NCBI GenBank assembly: GCA_029262535.1
Contig: JAJCZF010000073.1
Coordinates: 3,870 to 67,869 of the forward strand
DNA from: Deltaproteobacteria bacterium
GTDB taxonomy: Bacteria > Desulfobacterota > GWC2-55-46 > JAJCZF01
Direction of reading: 5' to 3'
DNA length: 64,000 bases
The translations under genes were made by a program, and so were the position numbers. Below are positions 28,494 to 37,649 of the stretch, one piece after another; position 1 is the stretch's first letter; the number at the start of each line of letters is the position of its first letter. Under the pieces are notes generated by a model. The model made no database searches. It saw only the letters and a list, made by a program, of their open reading frames with translations, and had not been told where the DNA came from.

Positions 28494-29912
28494 TTAAAAG
28501 CCGTAGTGCGCCGCAATCGCCGCCGATACGGCCGCAACCAGGTCGGTGCGTTCTCCGTACTCGTAGTAATCCATAAGCTCGGGCTTGCGGTCTATATAAC
28601 CGGTATCAAAGTCGCCATTCTTGAAATCCTCGTCGCTCATTATGCGCTGATGGAACGGGATGGTCGTCTTTACGCCTCTTATTACGAACTCGTCGAGCGA
28701 GCGCTTCATACGGGCCACGGCCTCTTCCCATGTAGAGCCGTGTACGATCAGCTTTACGATAAGCGAGTCGTAGCAGTCCGGGATTACATAGTCTTTATAG
28801 ATAGAACCGTCAATACGCACCCCTATACCGCCGGGCGAATAATAGGCCGTAACGCGCCCCGAGTTGGGCATAAAATTATTCTTCGGATCTTCTGAACAGA
28901 TACGGCACTCGATTGAAAAACCCTGAAGCTTGACATCTTTTTGCTTTATATCAAGCACCTTACCGGCTGCGACCTCTATCTGTTTCTTAATAAGGTCTAT
29001 ACCCGTGACCTGCTCGGTTACCGGGTGCTCGACCTGAATCCTTGTATTCATCTCAAGGAAGTAAAAATTACGGTCGTCGTCAACGAGAAACTCTATGGTG
29101 CCGGCGTTGGTATAGTTAGCGGCCTTGGCAGCCTTTATAGCGGCCTTGCCCATGGTATCCTTAAGTTTATCGTCGAGTATCAACGAAGGCGCTATCTCTA
29201 CAAGCTTCTGGTGGCGGCGCTGTATGGAGCAGTCGCGGTCGCCGAGATGTATGATATTGCCGTGTTTATCGGCAAGGATCTGAAACTCTATATGGTGCGG
29301 CCTTACAAGATATTTTTCCAAAAATACGTCTGACGAGCCGAAAGCGGCCTTGGTCTCGCTCTTTGCGGTCTCATATGCGCCCTTCAGGGCCTTGGCGTCT
29401 TCGGCCATGCGAAGCCCCCTGCCCCCGCCGCCTCCGGCGGCCTTGACCATGATGGGATAGCCGATCTTTTCGGCCCACATAAGTGCGTCTTCGACCGTGT
29501 CGACCGGGTCTTCGGTGCCCGGCACGACAGGCACTCCGGCCTTCATCATCAGCTTACGCGCCTTGACCTTATCGCCCATCTCCATTATAGACTGGGCCGA
29601 AGGGCCGATGAATGTAATGCCCTTCTTCTCGCAAAGAAGCGGAAAGCGTACCTTTTCGGATAAGAAGCCGTAACCGGGATGTATCGCGTCAACGCCTATC
29701 TTCATGGCGAGATCGACAATCCGGTGGATATTCATATATCCTTCAATAGGCCCCGGCCCGACCATATAGGCCTCGTCGGCCTTCTTGACATAGAGGGCGT
29801 TCGAGTCCTCTTCCGAGTATATCGCCACAGAGGGGATGCCTAGCTCCTTACACGCCCTGATAATACGCGTGGCTATCTCTCCCCTATTGGCTATAAGTAT
29901 CTTCTTAAACAC
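28494..29912 (-). CDS. pycA: Pyruvate carboxylase subunit A (biotin carboxylase)
   Basis: ILIANRGEIA, HPGYGFLSE, GGGGRG, RDCSIQRRHQK, EMNTRIQVEH; C-terminal AAVSAAIAAHYGF typical of two-subunit PC. Confidence 0.88.
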   Translation of the reverse strand: MFKKILIANRGEIATRIIRACKELGIPSVAIYSEEDSNALYVKKADEAYMVGPGPIEGYMNIHRIVDLAMKIGVDAIHPGYGFLSEKVRFPLLCEKKGITFIGPSAQSIMEMGDKVKARKLMMKAGVPVVPGTEDPVDTVEDALMWAEKIGYPIMVKAAGGGGGRGLRMAEDAKALKGAYETAKSETKAAFGSSDVFLEKYLVRPHHIEFQILADKHGNIIHLGDRDCSIQRRHQKLVEIAPSLILDDKLKDTMGKAAIKAAKAANYTNAGTIEFLVDDDRNFYFLEMNTRIQVEHPVTEQVTGIDLIKKQIEVAAGKVLDIKQKDVKLQGFSIECRICSEDPKNNFMPNSGRVTAYYSPGGIGVRIDGSIYKDYVIPDCYDSLIVKLIVHGSTWEEAVARMKRSLDEFVIRGVKTTIPFHQRIMSDEDFKNGDFDTGYIDRKPELMDYYEYGERTDLVAAVSAAIAAHYGF

Positions 29913-30230
29913 GTAAAACTCCGTTTCCTTTACGTTTTATGATAAATGAGCCCTAAGCACAGTTATCCAATTCAACATATCTTGTAGCGCGAATCGATAT
30001 GAAAAGTCAAGGATTATCGGATTGTGGCCGAACGCGTTCAGGAAATTATGACAACCTGTGGTTTGAGCATTTGTAAATGGAGTTTTTCTCTAAGAAACTT
30101 CCTTAAGGATTAAGGAAGTCTTTTTTGCAAAGTAAAAATTGCAAGAAAAGAACTGAAAGGGGACCTGCATCGTCTCGGAGGCTATCAGAAGTGAAGCATC
30201 TCATGAGACGTTCCAAAGACACAACGCCCC

Positions 30231-30659
30231 CTACTCCGGCGGTGGCGTATCGCTATAACCCTTTTCTATAAGATATTTAGAGAGTTTTTTGTCCTCTCCG
30301 CAGATATGGATCGACAACCATTCGACCAGGGCGTTTCTGGCCTGTATGGTTAGGTAGTAACTTGCGCCACGGGCGTCGAGATCGCGTTTGAAGGACATGA
30401 TCATATTTCTAAAGGTAAGGTGCAAGGCCTTGTGCTCTACCGTGCCGGGGTATAACGTTTCTTGCATGGCGCGCTCTTCGCTTGCGAAATGATAAACGAC
30501 GTAGCGTTCGAGAAACTTTATGATCTTTATCGTCTCGACACCGCCCTCACCGGCATCCATAGCGGCAACCAGGCGAGAGAAGGCCTCGATAAGCTCGCTA
30601 TGTTGGGCGTCAAGCCAGCCTATTCCTGTTTTAAACTTCTCGCCCCACTCTACATTCAT
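30231..30659 (-). CDS. Bacteriohemerythrin
   Basis: W...TGI..LDAQH, HFASEE, HKALH, HICGED di-iron ligands. Confidence 0.92.
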   Translation of the reverse strand: MNVEWGEKFKTGIGWLDAQHSELIEAFSRLVAAMDAGEGGVETIKIIKFLERYVVYHFASEERAMQETLYPGTVEHKALHLTFRNMIMSFKRDLDARGASYYLTIQARNALVEWLSIHICGEDKKLSKYLIEKGYSDTPPPE

Positions 30660-30797
30660 ATCGGCTCCAGCTGGCAAGTGATTGGACCTATATAGACTTA
30701 ACTATGAGATAACAGACCCTTCTTCTTAATATTTGCCTTTAGGACATTTTATCAATAGAAGGGTTAGAGTAAAGCGTATTAAGAAAGAAGCCGGACT

Positions 30798-31223
30798 TTA
30801 GTGAAGATGCTCCTGCTTAAAAGCTTTTTCTTTAAGAAAGAGGGCCAACTCACGATCCGTACCCGCTATATGCGAGGAAAGCCACTCGACCAGGGCCTTT
30901 CTGGCCTTGAAGGTAAGGTGGTGGCTCGCCCCACTCGTGTCAAGCTCTACCTTGAAGGTAGTAAGCATCTGCTTAAAGTTCAGATGCTCTTCTTTATGCG
31001 CTGCTATGCCGGGATAAGAGTTCTCATCCATGGCAGTCTCTTCGTCACCAAAGTGAGTCACAACGTAACCGAGCAGGAACTTTATAATCTTTATCGTCTC
31101 AACGCCGCCCTCGCCCTGCTCCATCGCGCGCACCAGGCTAGCAACGTAATCGACAAGCTCCCTGTGCTGGCGGTCGGCCCAGTCAATACCCGACTCGTAC
31201 TTCTCTTCCCATTGTACGCTCAT
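30798..31223 (-). CDS. Bacteriohemerythrin (tandem paralog)
   Basis: DRQH, HFGDEE, HKEEH, HIAGTD; shares GEGGVETIKIIKFL with its neighbour. Confidence 0.92.
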   Translation of the reverse strand: MSVQWEEKYESGIDWADRQHRELVDYVASLVRAMEQGEGGVETIKIIKFLLGYVVTHFGDEETAMDENSYPGIAAHKEEHLNFKQMLTTFKVELDTSGASHHLTFKARKALVEWLSSHIAGTDRELALFLKEKAFKQEHLH

Positions 31224-31347
31224 AAGCTGGCTCCTCATGTTGAGTTAAACAAATATTATTATAACAGATATAAGGATTTTTGTCCTTCTCATTCAGCGTA
31301 TTAGTCAACACTTTACAAAAAGCCCTCTCAGGTGATAGATTGGCTCT

Positions 31348-32226
31348 ATGAGAAAGATCGCTAAAGAACGCAGAAAGGCATTAGGGGAGAGGCTCGACGC
31401 CCTCTACGAGACCTTTGACCTCAACTATCTCTCGCCAGACCCGCTGGAGTTTCTGCATAAGTTCAAGCGACCGGAAGATATCGAAATAACCGGCCTTCTG
31501 GCCTCGTCTCTCGCTTACGGCAGGGTTGCCGGCATACGAAAGTCGATTACGCGCATTCTTGACCTGATCGAATGGCACCCTTACGACTTTACCATATCCT
31601 TCGACCCGCTACGTGACAAGGCCCTATTTGACGGTTTCAGGCATCGCTTCAATACCGGCGACGACGTCGCGGCCCTATTTCTAATCGCCGGGAAGATGAT
31701 AGAGGATTCCGGCTCCATAGGCGCTTTTTTCTTAAAAGGCTATCACAAAGACGACGAGACGATCAGGCTACCTCTGGCCTCTTTCTGCGAGAGAGCGCTT
31801 GCGCTTAACCTTTCGTCCATATACGGCGACGGCCCGTTACCAAAGAAGGCCGGCATCAGGTATTTCTTCCCATCGCCTGCAAGCGGAAGCGCCTGTAAAC
31901 GCCTGAATCTATATCTAAGATGGATGATACGCCGTGGCGACACGCTAGACTTCGGCTTATGGAAGGGGGTGGACCCGGCTAAGCTAATCATACCGCTCGA
32001 CACCCATATAGCGCGCCTCTCACGTAATATCGGCCTAACGACGAGAAGATCTCCGGATTGGAAGATGGCCGAAGAGATCACCGCAGAGCTACACGCCCTC
32101 TCTCCCTCGGACCCGGTAAAGTACGACTTCGCGCTCTGCCGTCTGGGTATTTTGGAAAAATGCACTACGAGTTATGACGTAAAGAAATGCGAGGCATGCC
32201 TAATAAAAGAGATCTGCGTACTATAG
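31348..32226 (+). CDS. TIGR02757/DUF2400 family protein (HhH-GPD-like)
   Basis: DPL, LAYGRV, SACKRLNLYLRWMIR, IIPLDTHI, DPVKYDFAL, C-terminal Cys cluster. Confidence 0.87.
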   Translation: MRKIAKERRKALGERLDALYETFDLNYLSPDPLEFLHKFKRPEDIEITGLLASSLAYGRVAGIRKSITRILDLIEWHPYDFTISFDPLRDKALFDGFRHRFNTGDDVAALFLIAGKMIEDSGSIGAFFLKGYHKDDETIRLPLASFCERALALNLSSIYGDGPLPKKAGIRYFFPSPASGSACKRLNLYLRWMIRRGDTLDFGLWKGVDPAKLIIPLDTHIARLSRNIGLTTRRSPDWKMAEEITAELHALSPSDPVKYDFALCRLGILEKCTTSYDVKKCEACLIKEICVL

Positions 32227-32557
32227 GCACACAATGTGTGCTCTTATTTCGCGGCACACAAGTGTGCTCTTATTTCGCGGAAACAGTTCTCAGATGCTTG
32301 CTCAATTATCGTTCGCGACGAGGGTTTTAGGATTTCGGTTCAAGCTGCAACCTTGAACCGGCAAGGGCACACAGGTGTGCTTTAATTTCACGGCACACAG
32401 TGCGTGCAACCAGTTTCGCGGAAGGAGTGTCTGGATGCTTGATAAGTCCTCATCCGCGACGAGAGTTTTATCATTACACTTTAAATCAAGAATGCGGACG
32501 AGAAAGCAAGCGACACCTAAGAGTTCTCTGAGCGAAAGGAAGCAGGCGACTGCCTGT
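32227..32557. repeat. Cluster of dispersed CACAC/CGCG elements plus a GGTTCAAG-N-CTTGAACC hairpin
   Basis: GCACACnnGTGTGC-type hairpins at 32227, 32254 and 32367; TTTCGCGG-N32-YCGCG twice; one inverted copy at 32493-32557. Confidence 0.8.
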
Positions 32558-33272
32558 CGTGTAATACCACGATACTGGTCGCGCCGATCACCGCCGCGGG
32601 GATGACCATAAAGTTCAGAACCGGCACGAATAAGGCGAAATAAATACCGATACCAAAGCCTTCACTTCTGGATAAATTAGCCTTTAAAAACACCATCTTC
32701 TGGCCGAAACTTAATCCTTTCCTTTCAAGAGGATAACTCAAGAATTCAAAGGCCGCCACAAAGCCGGAAAAGAGCGCCCAGAGGATGGGAATGATCAAGT
32801 TAAGTCCCGGCACGAACGACAAGGCGATTGTAATAATAAGCAGTATGGCGGCGGCAATTATATAGACGATAAGCCGTTTTATCTCCGCCGCGAGGCTTGC
32901 GACTATCGAGAGCCCCTCGTCCGGCCTCTGCCCCGTCAGCAGCTCTTCGTAACGCGCGCTCAAGAGTTCATTAAAGGGGGACGAGATAACACAGGCCACG
33001 GAAAAGAATGTAAAAAAGGTCCCAATAACAATAACTACGGCCAGGACGACCCAGAGCAGGTAACGAAGCAGGCTATAATACCAGCCCTCGCCATCCGGCA
33101 GATAATAGCCCATAATATCGCTAAAAAAGTATATCCCCATACCGATGACGGCGATATAAACGACTATATTTATAATAAGCGGCACCAGCGCGTAAGGCCA
33201 CAGCTTAGGTGTCTTAATGATCGTCCGCGCCCCGGCAAGAAGGTCGCCGACACCGCGTACAAGTCCTGTCAT
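32517..33272 (-). CDS. EI24/CysZ-family membrane protein
   Basis: LWPYALVPLIIN, ISSPFNELLS, EFLSYPLER, VPVLN...PAAVIGAT. Confidence 0.82.
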   Translation of the reverse strand: MTGLVRGVGDLLAGARTIIKTPKLWPYALVPLIINIVVYIAVIGMGIYFFSDIMGYYLPDGEGWYYSLLRYLLWVVLAVVIVIGTFFTFFSVACVISSPFNELLSARYEELLTGQRPDEGLSIVASLAAEIKRLIVYIIAAAILLIITIALSFVPGLNLIIPILWALFSGFVAAFEFLSYPLERKGLSFGQKMVFLKANLSRSEGFGIGIYFALFVPVLNFMVIPAAVIGATSIVVLHDRQSPASFRSENS

Positions 33273-33360
33273 ATAGGAAATCTCCCAGAATTTATTTCTT
33301 TTAACTATACGATAGTTTTGCAATTTTATCAATCCGAATGGCGCATGGCGGTAAGAAACG

Positions 33361-34161
33361 CTAACAGGTAATGCGCCTGCGCCTGAGCAAGATCGCCGCC
33401 AGCATAAAAAAGAATAACGCCGCAGTTAGAGAGTATATGATGGAAAAGAAGAAATATCCGAAGGAAAGGTCGTAAAAGTCCATAGAGTTCATAAAAGCAG
33501 CCATTTCGCTATGAAAGAGAGTATATGTCGGAAGAATATAATATATAAGATCTATAAGTCTAGTTATCAGCGAATCGGCTGCCAGCTTCACACCGAGCAC
33601 ATCGGTAAAAAGGCTCTTGATTCCGTAAAGTGTCTCTTCGTTAAATAGAGTAAAAGCGATCAGCACCATCACCGGATGAAGCAACGAAGCGAAGATCGAC
33701 ACGACAGAGATAAATAGCACCGCGGTAAAGAAATTATATATAAGTGCATAAACCATAGCCCACGGCATCGTTATGCCATAGTGGGCAAAAGGTATCATAA
33801 TAACCAGAAAGAGCAGAATATGCAGCGCCAATAGAGCTGCAAATACGGTAAAAAGTGCCGAAGCTAACCACGTCTCGGGCTTACACGGGCGGGTAAATAC
33901 CATCTTTAACGACCTTGCCGATATATGATGATAAAGGATAGAGACTATCATAATAGCTCCAAGCAGGGAGACCATGTCGCAGAGCATATGAAAGCTTTGC
34001 AAAATAGCCTTGAATTCATTACCCGCTGTCAGGCCGGCAAGAGTGGCACGAAAATAGAGGCCGCAAAAGATGATCATCAAGACAAAAGCCGCTAAAAAGA
34101 GCCGGTTACGCCTGAGAAAGGTAAATGTGCTCTTCATATTGAGAAGAACAAGCTCCATCAT
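33361..34161 (-). CDS. ABC-2-type permease-like membrane protein
   Basis: Six TM segments, SARSLKMVFTRP motif, ends in LRRRRI; lies behind an ABC ATPase remnant. Confidence 0.65.
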   Translation of the reverse strand: MMELVLLNMKSTFTFLRRNRLFLAAFVLMIIFCGLYFRATLAGLTAGNEFKAILQSFHMLCDMVSLLGAIMIVSILYHHISARSLKMVFTRPCKPETWLASALFTVFAALLALHILLFLVIMIPFAHYGITMPWAMVYALIYNFFTAVLFISVVSIFASLLHPVMVLIAFTLFNEETLYGIKSLFTDVLGVKLAADSLITRLIDLIYYILPTYTLFHSEMAAFMNSMDFYDLSFGYFFFSIIYSLTAALFFFMLAAILLRRRRITC

Positions 34162-34394
34162 CCGCCCCCTTCCCGGTTTATAAGGTTGACAAAAGAGTCT
34201 TCCAGGGTGCTCTTCTTAAAAGAACAACTTCTGACAGTCGCACCGGCCCCCCTACAAAGGCGACAAAATCGCTCAACCTCGCGGCTGGTATCTCCCCCCT
34301 TAGAGGCCCGCTGCTCTCACCGTCGCGCACTATCTCTAAATTGAAATAGTCCGGCAGCCCCTGACAGTTATCAAACTCAACACTATAGGTCTCT
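34162..34394 (-). pseudogene. C-terminal remnant of an ABC exporter ATP-binding protein
   Basis: Manual translation ETYSVEF...LSDFVA / frameshift / GATVRSCSFKKSTLEDSFVNLITG; xLEDxFxxLT is the usual ABC-2 ATPase tail; the ATPase core is absent. Confidence 0.55.
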
Positions 34395-34918
34395 CTATCC
34401 TCGCTGATAAAGTTCCTTCATGTCGACCTTATAGAACTTTACCCTGCCGTCGGCGCCGATAAAGACCGTAGTCAGAAAGGCATTAGCCGCATAGAGTGAC
34501 ATGAGATCGCGGTCCTTATCTATGCCGACCGGATATTTAACCTTATACTTCTTTACAAATTTACTAACGACCTCCCTGTCCTCGTCGCCATCGATGCCGA
34601 GCATGATAAATGGTTCGTCCGCGTGTTCTTCATGAAAGGCGACAGGGTCGGGCATTTCTGCCTTGCACGTACCGCACCAGGTCGCAAAGAAGTTTATAAG
34701 AATCGGCTTCTTACCGATATTCTCAGAGAGGATAAATCTGCTTTCGTCGATCAGGTCGAGGGTAAAATCAGGCGCGAGACGTCCGAGCCACTTGGTGGAA
34801 CGAACGGAGTCATCCCTGCTACTGTCGCCAGACATCTCTCCGACAGACTTCTTGCGTAGAGATTAAAGATCAGGAGGAGGAGAAAGAGCAGTAGAGTCAG
34901 GACTGAAAACTTACGCAA
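34395..34918 (-). pseudogene. TlpA/ResA-like thiol-disulfide oxidoreductase, frameshifted N-terminus and probably truncated C-terminus
   Basis: APDFTL, INFFATWCGTCKAEMP, YPVGID; TTG at 34918 with GGAG RBS starts a signal-anchor that is out of frame with the catalytic domain. Confidence 0.65.
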
Positions 34919-35083
34919 TTAGAGATCTCCGGTCTTTTGTGGGATAAGAAAAAATCTCCGGCCCGGAGAGAGAAATGTCGAGGAAATCAAGTGGATGGTG
35001 AGGTAGTTACTTGTTTAATAATAACATGAAGTCGGACGGTCTCTCTATGTGAAAGCATAGCGCATGCAAAGCTCACAAAAAGG

Positions 35084-35554
35084 TCAAAAGTTTGGACGCG
35101 CCTCTTCCCTTGTCTCAATAAAGTCGCGATGTGAGACGTGCAGCAGCTCGGCGATCTTGCGCACGTAGTGTTCCTCGTGTTTCTCCATATACTCGTCGGA
35201 AAAGACGACCTGCCATAGGAGCGAGATTATCAATCTTTTACGTTCGTAGGAAAAACCTTTATTTATCAGGCTCGTAAACTCGTAAAAAGATACCGCGCCG
35301 TCTGCCTCCTCGGTGGCAAGCTCTATCAGCTCCGCAGTCTCTTGCGGCGCAAGCTCGAACTTTTTATCGAGAGCGCGGGCCACGGCCTCCAACTCGACCG
35401 CCTTAACCTCGCTATCGGCCCTCGTTATCTCTATCAAGAGCGCGGCGGTAGCGAGCCTTAACGCATGGTCGGTCGCCTTCTTATCGGTAATACCCGTCTC
35501 CGGTTTTGATAGCGCTATCTTCTTATCGTAAAAAGACTTTATCGAACGAAGCAT
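35084..35554 (-). CDS. TerB-family protein
   Basis: LATAALLIEITRAD, FYEFTSLIN, LWQVVFSD...HEEHYVRKIAELL. Confidence 0.85.
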   Translation of the reverse strand: MLRSIKSFYDKKIALSKPETGITDKKATDHALRLATAALLIEITRADSEVKAVELEAVARALDKKFELAPQETAELIELATEEADGAVSFYEFTSLINKGFSYERKRLIISLLWQVVFSDEYMEKHEEHYVRKIAELLHVSHRDFIETREEARPNF

Positions 35555-35803
35555 AAGTTTTTTTTGCCTTTCAAAATTAGTTCATATTACATGGGCCTCT
35601 ATGCCCTGCTACTGCCTACCGGACGGCTCTTCTTCATACCTAGAGTAACATAAAGATATATGTAGCTTCAATCTATAGAAGAGATCAAAGCAAAAGATCT
35701 CAGCATTCAATTAGGACGATAGATTATAGTAGGCATCTACCCAAAAGGCCCATCTTGTGATATAGTTTACAAAATCTTTACAAACGACAACCCGGAGGCT
35801 TAA

Positions 35804-36049
35804 ATGTCTTCAAATAGAAAATTCTTAATTGTCCCAGTCATGCTGCCGCTCTTACTCGCCCTTGGAGCCTGTACACAGACCGTACCGCTTCATGAGCGCC
35901 TTCTGGGCGAACCCGGCATGTATGTAATAGGGGGTAAGTACAACGGTCTCGACATATGGAAGGAGCTTGGGCTCTCAAACTACGACTTAAACGGACTCCG
36001 GACCGGAACGGTCCGCTCTGAAGCGATTGAGATAGAGATCGTCGAATAA
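35804..36049 (+). CDS. Small putative lipoprotein
   Basis: GGAGG RBS, signal peptide with lipobox LGAC. Confidence 0.65.
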   Translation: MSSNRKFLIVPVMLPLLLALGACTQTVPLHERLLGEPGMYVIGGKYNGLDIWKELGLSNYDLNGLRTGTVRSEAIEIEIVE

Positions 36050-36066
36050 GGTTGGCTTAAGCCTCC

Positions 36067-36773
36067 CTACTCCTTAAGCTTTAGACGCAAGAGACCCTCG
36101 CGCACCTCTATCTCGTCTACGCCGTCGGCAAAGGACTTCCATAGGCCGCGCCTGCCGCCGTACTCTCTTATCAGATCGACATTCTTGATGCCGCCTGTCC
36201 AGCTATTGGGGAGCGGCACGCCCATTACACTCACACCTGCGAGCGCGACCACCGGGCGGCCATCTTCGTATAATAACTCAAGCCCGGCGCGAAGGCGCAC
36301 CGTCTCGCCCGGCATGATCGGAAAGTCTTCTGGAATCTTTGTTAGTATCTTCGCGCTCACTAGGTCATCTGACAGGTCTATTGCGACCTTTTTGGCAAGC
36401 TCCGAGTTGCGGCTTATGAGGCCGTTCAGTTCGCGCTCGGTAAAGATTATCTCACGCGGGCTGTCTTCGTTATATTTTTCAGGTTTGAGCCTGCCCTCCG
36501 AGTCGAACTCCTCAGCCCCATTAGAGTTCGCAGAGCTCTTAACCTGCGGCTCCTTAACGGTACTCTCTATATGCACGCCGATACGCGCAAGCTTCATCAC
36601 GAGAGCGCCCTCTTCCTTAAGACTGAGCGCGACCGACCTGAACTCGGTACGAAAGATATATAACTTCGCAACGACGAGGATTGCGACGACGGTAATCAGA
36701 ATCAGCGCACAGAGTATAAGCGCGACCTTCAGAGCGCCGGGCCGGCGCGCCCTTTTTCAGGTGGAGCCGTCAT
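36067..36773 (-). pseudogene. Conserved hypothetical membrane-anchored protein with an N-terminal frameshift
   Basis: Body (TERELNGLI, AIDLSDDL, GVSVMGVPLPNSW, WKSFADGV) looks like a real conserved protein; its frame extends upstream through a TM helix to an in-frame TGA, while ATG 36773 is in another frame. Confidence 0.6.
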
Positions 36774-36907
36774 TAGCGGAGAGCACGCAAAAGGCGGCTA
36801 TCTCGATAAGAACTTTTCATGGGTCTATTATACACTATTTTGTGGGAAAGTGGGAAATGGGAGAGGAGCTTTGGGTGACAGAAAAAAGGCCTCGGCGAAG
36901 GCCCCTC

Positions 36908-36938
36908 GTAGGTTGGGTAGAGCAAAGCAAAACCCAAC
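36908..36938 (+). repeat. GTAG-type REP element
   Basis: GTAGGTTGGGTAGAGC-aaagc-AAAACCCAAC; inverted homolog at 43719-43759. Confidence 0.75.
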
Positions 36939-37051
36939 ATTCTGCCTTTTGCTCCTATGCTCTACAGGTTTCAGTTGAGGATACGTTCTTTTTAGGGTTC
37001 CGGTTCAGGTTACAAACCTGAACCGGCTAAGAAACCGCACTATAATAGCTA

Positions 37052-37080
37052 TTGACAATACTAGAGTTCGCAACTAATAT
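37052..37080 (+). promoter_or_regulatory. Sigma70 promoter
   Basis: TTGACA-17 bp-TAATAT upstream of ATG 37147. Confidence 0.65.
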
Positions 37081-37146
37081 GAGTAAGGTTACGAATAGAG
37101 CTCTAAACTCACAGAGCAATACAACATATCTTATATGGAGAAAACG

Positions 37147-37633
37147 ATGAAGAGAGATCATTCATTAATACAGTTAATTAAAAAATACGGGCATTTTTTT
37201 TTCATTTACCCTACTCTTACTCGCACTTACCCCAGCCGTAGGATGGAGTGAAAAAGTATCTGTAGCGGAAGTACACGACGAGACTGCGCCAATACTCATA
37301 AACAGGGTCGGCACACTCTACAGGACGGATGACACTGGTGGATGCAAAGGTAGGCCATGGAAGGATATTCTTTCCGATAACTCACTACAGGTTGGCTTGG
37401 CATCGACACATATCGGACTCTCATACGCCGTTATCACTGTTCGAAGAAAAACAGAAACCGGTTACTCAGGACATGCGAAGCTCATCATTAATAAGGATGA
37501 CGAGTCCGGTATTCTCTTTAAGGATAGAAATTTCCTGCTAAAGGTCAAGAAAGTGGAAAACTGCAAAATAACGATTGAAATGAGAGAAGCCCCAAGTAAG
37601 GCTCTTACTCTCTCAAAAAGATCTCATAAATAG
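37147..37633 (+). pseudogene. Secreted hypothetical protein frameshifted in a T9 tract
   Basis: GGAG RBS and ATG at 37147; removing one T from 37194-37202 gives one ~161-aa ORF with signal peptide FSFTLLLLALTPAVG that joins ORF 37397-37633. Confidence 0.75.
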
Positions 37634-37649
37634 AGATCTTTTTACCCCC

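Noticed and set aside
26478-29912. Na+-pumping oxaloacetate decarboxylase or 2-oxoglutarate carboxylase
   Set aside because: No oadB/oadG nearby and the gene is paired with a biotin carboxylase; the sequence resembles PycB. 2-oxoglutarate carboxylase cannot be fully excluded without a phylogeny.
30231-31223. Magnetosome island
   Set aside because: Hemerythrins alone are not diagnostic and no mam/mad genes are seen.
35084-35554. Tellurite-resistance (ter) operon
   Set aside because: Only a solitary TerB-family gene is present, with no terA/C/D/Z.
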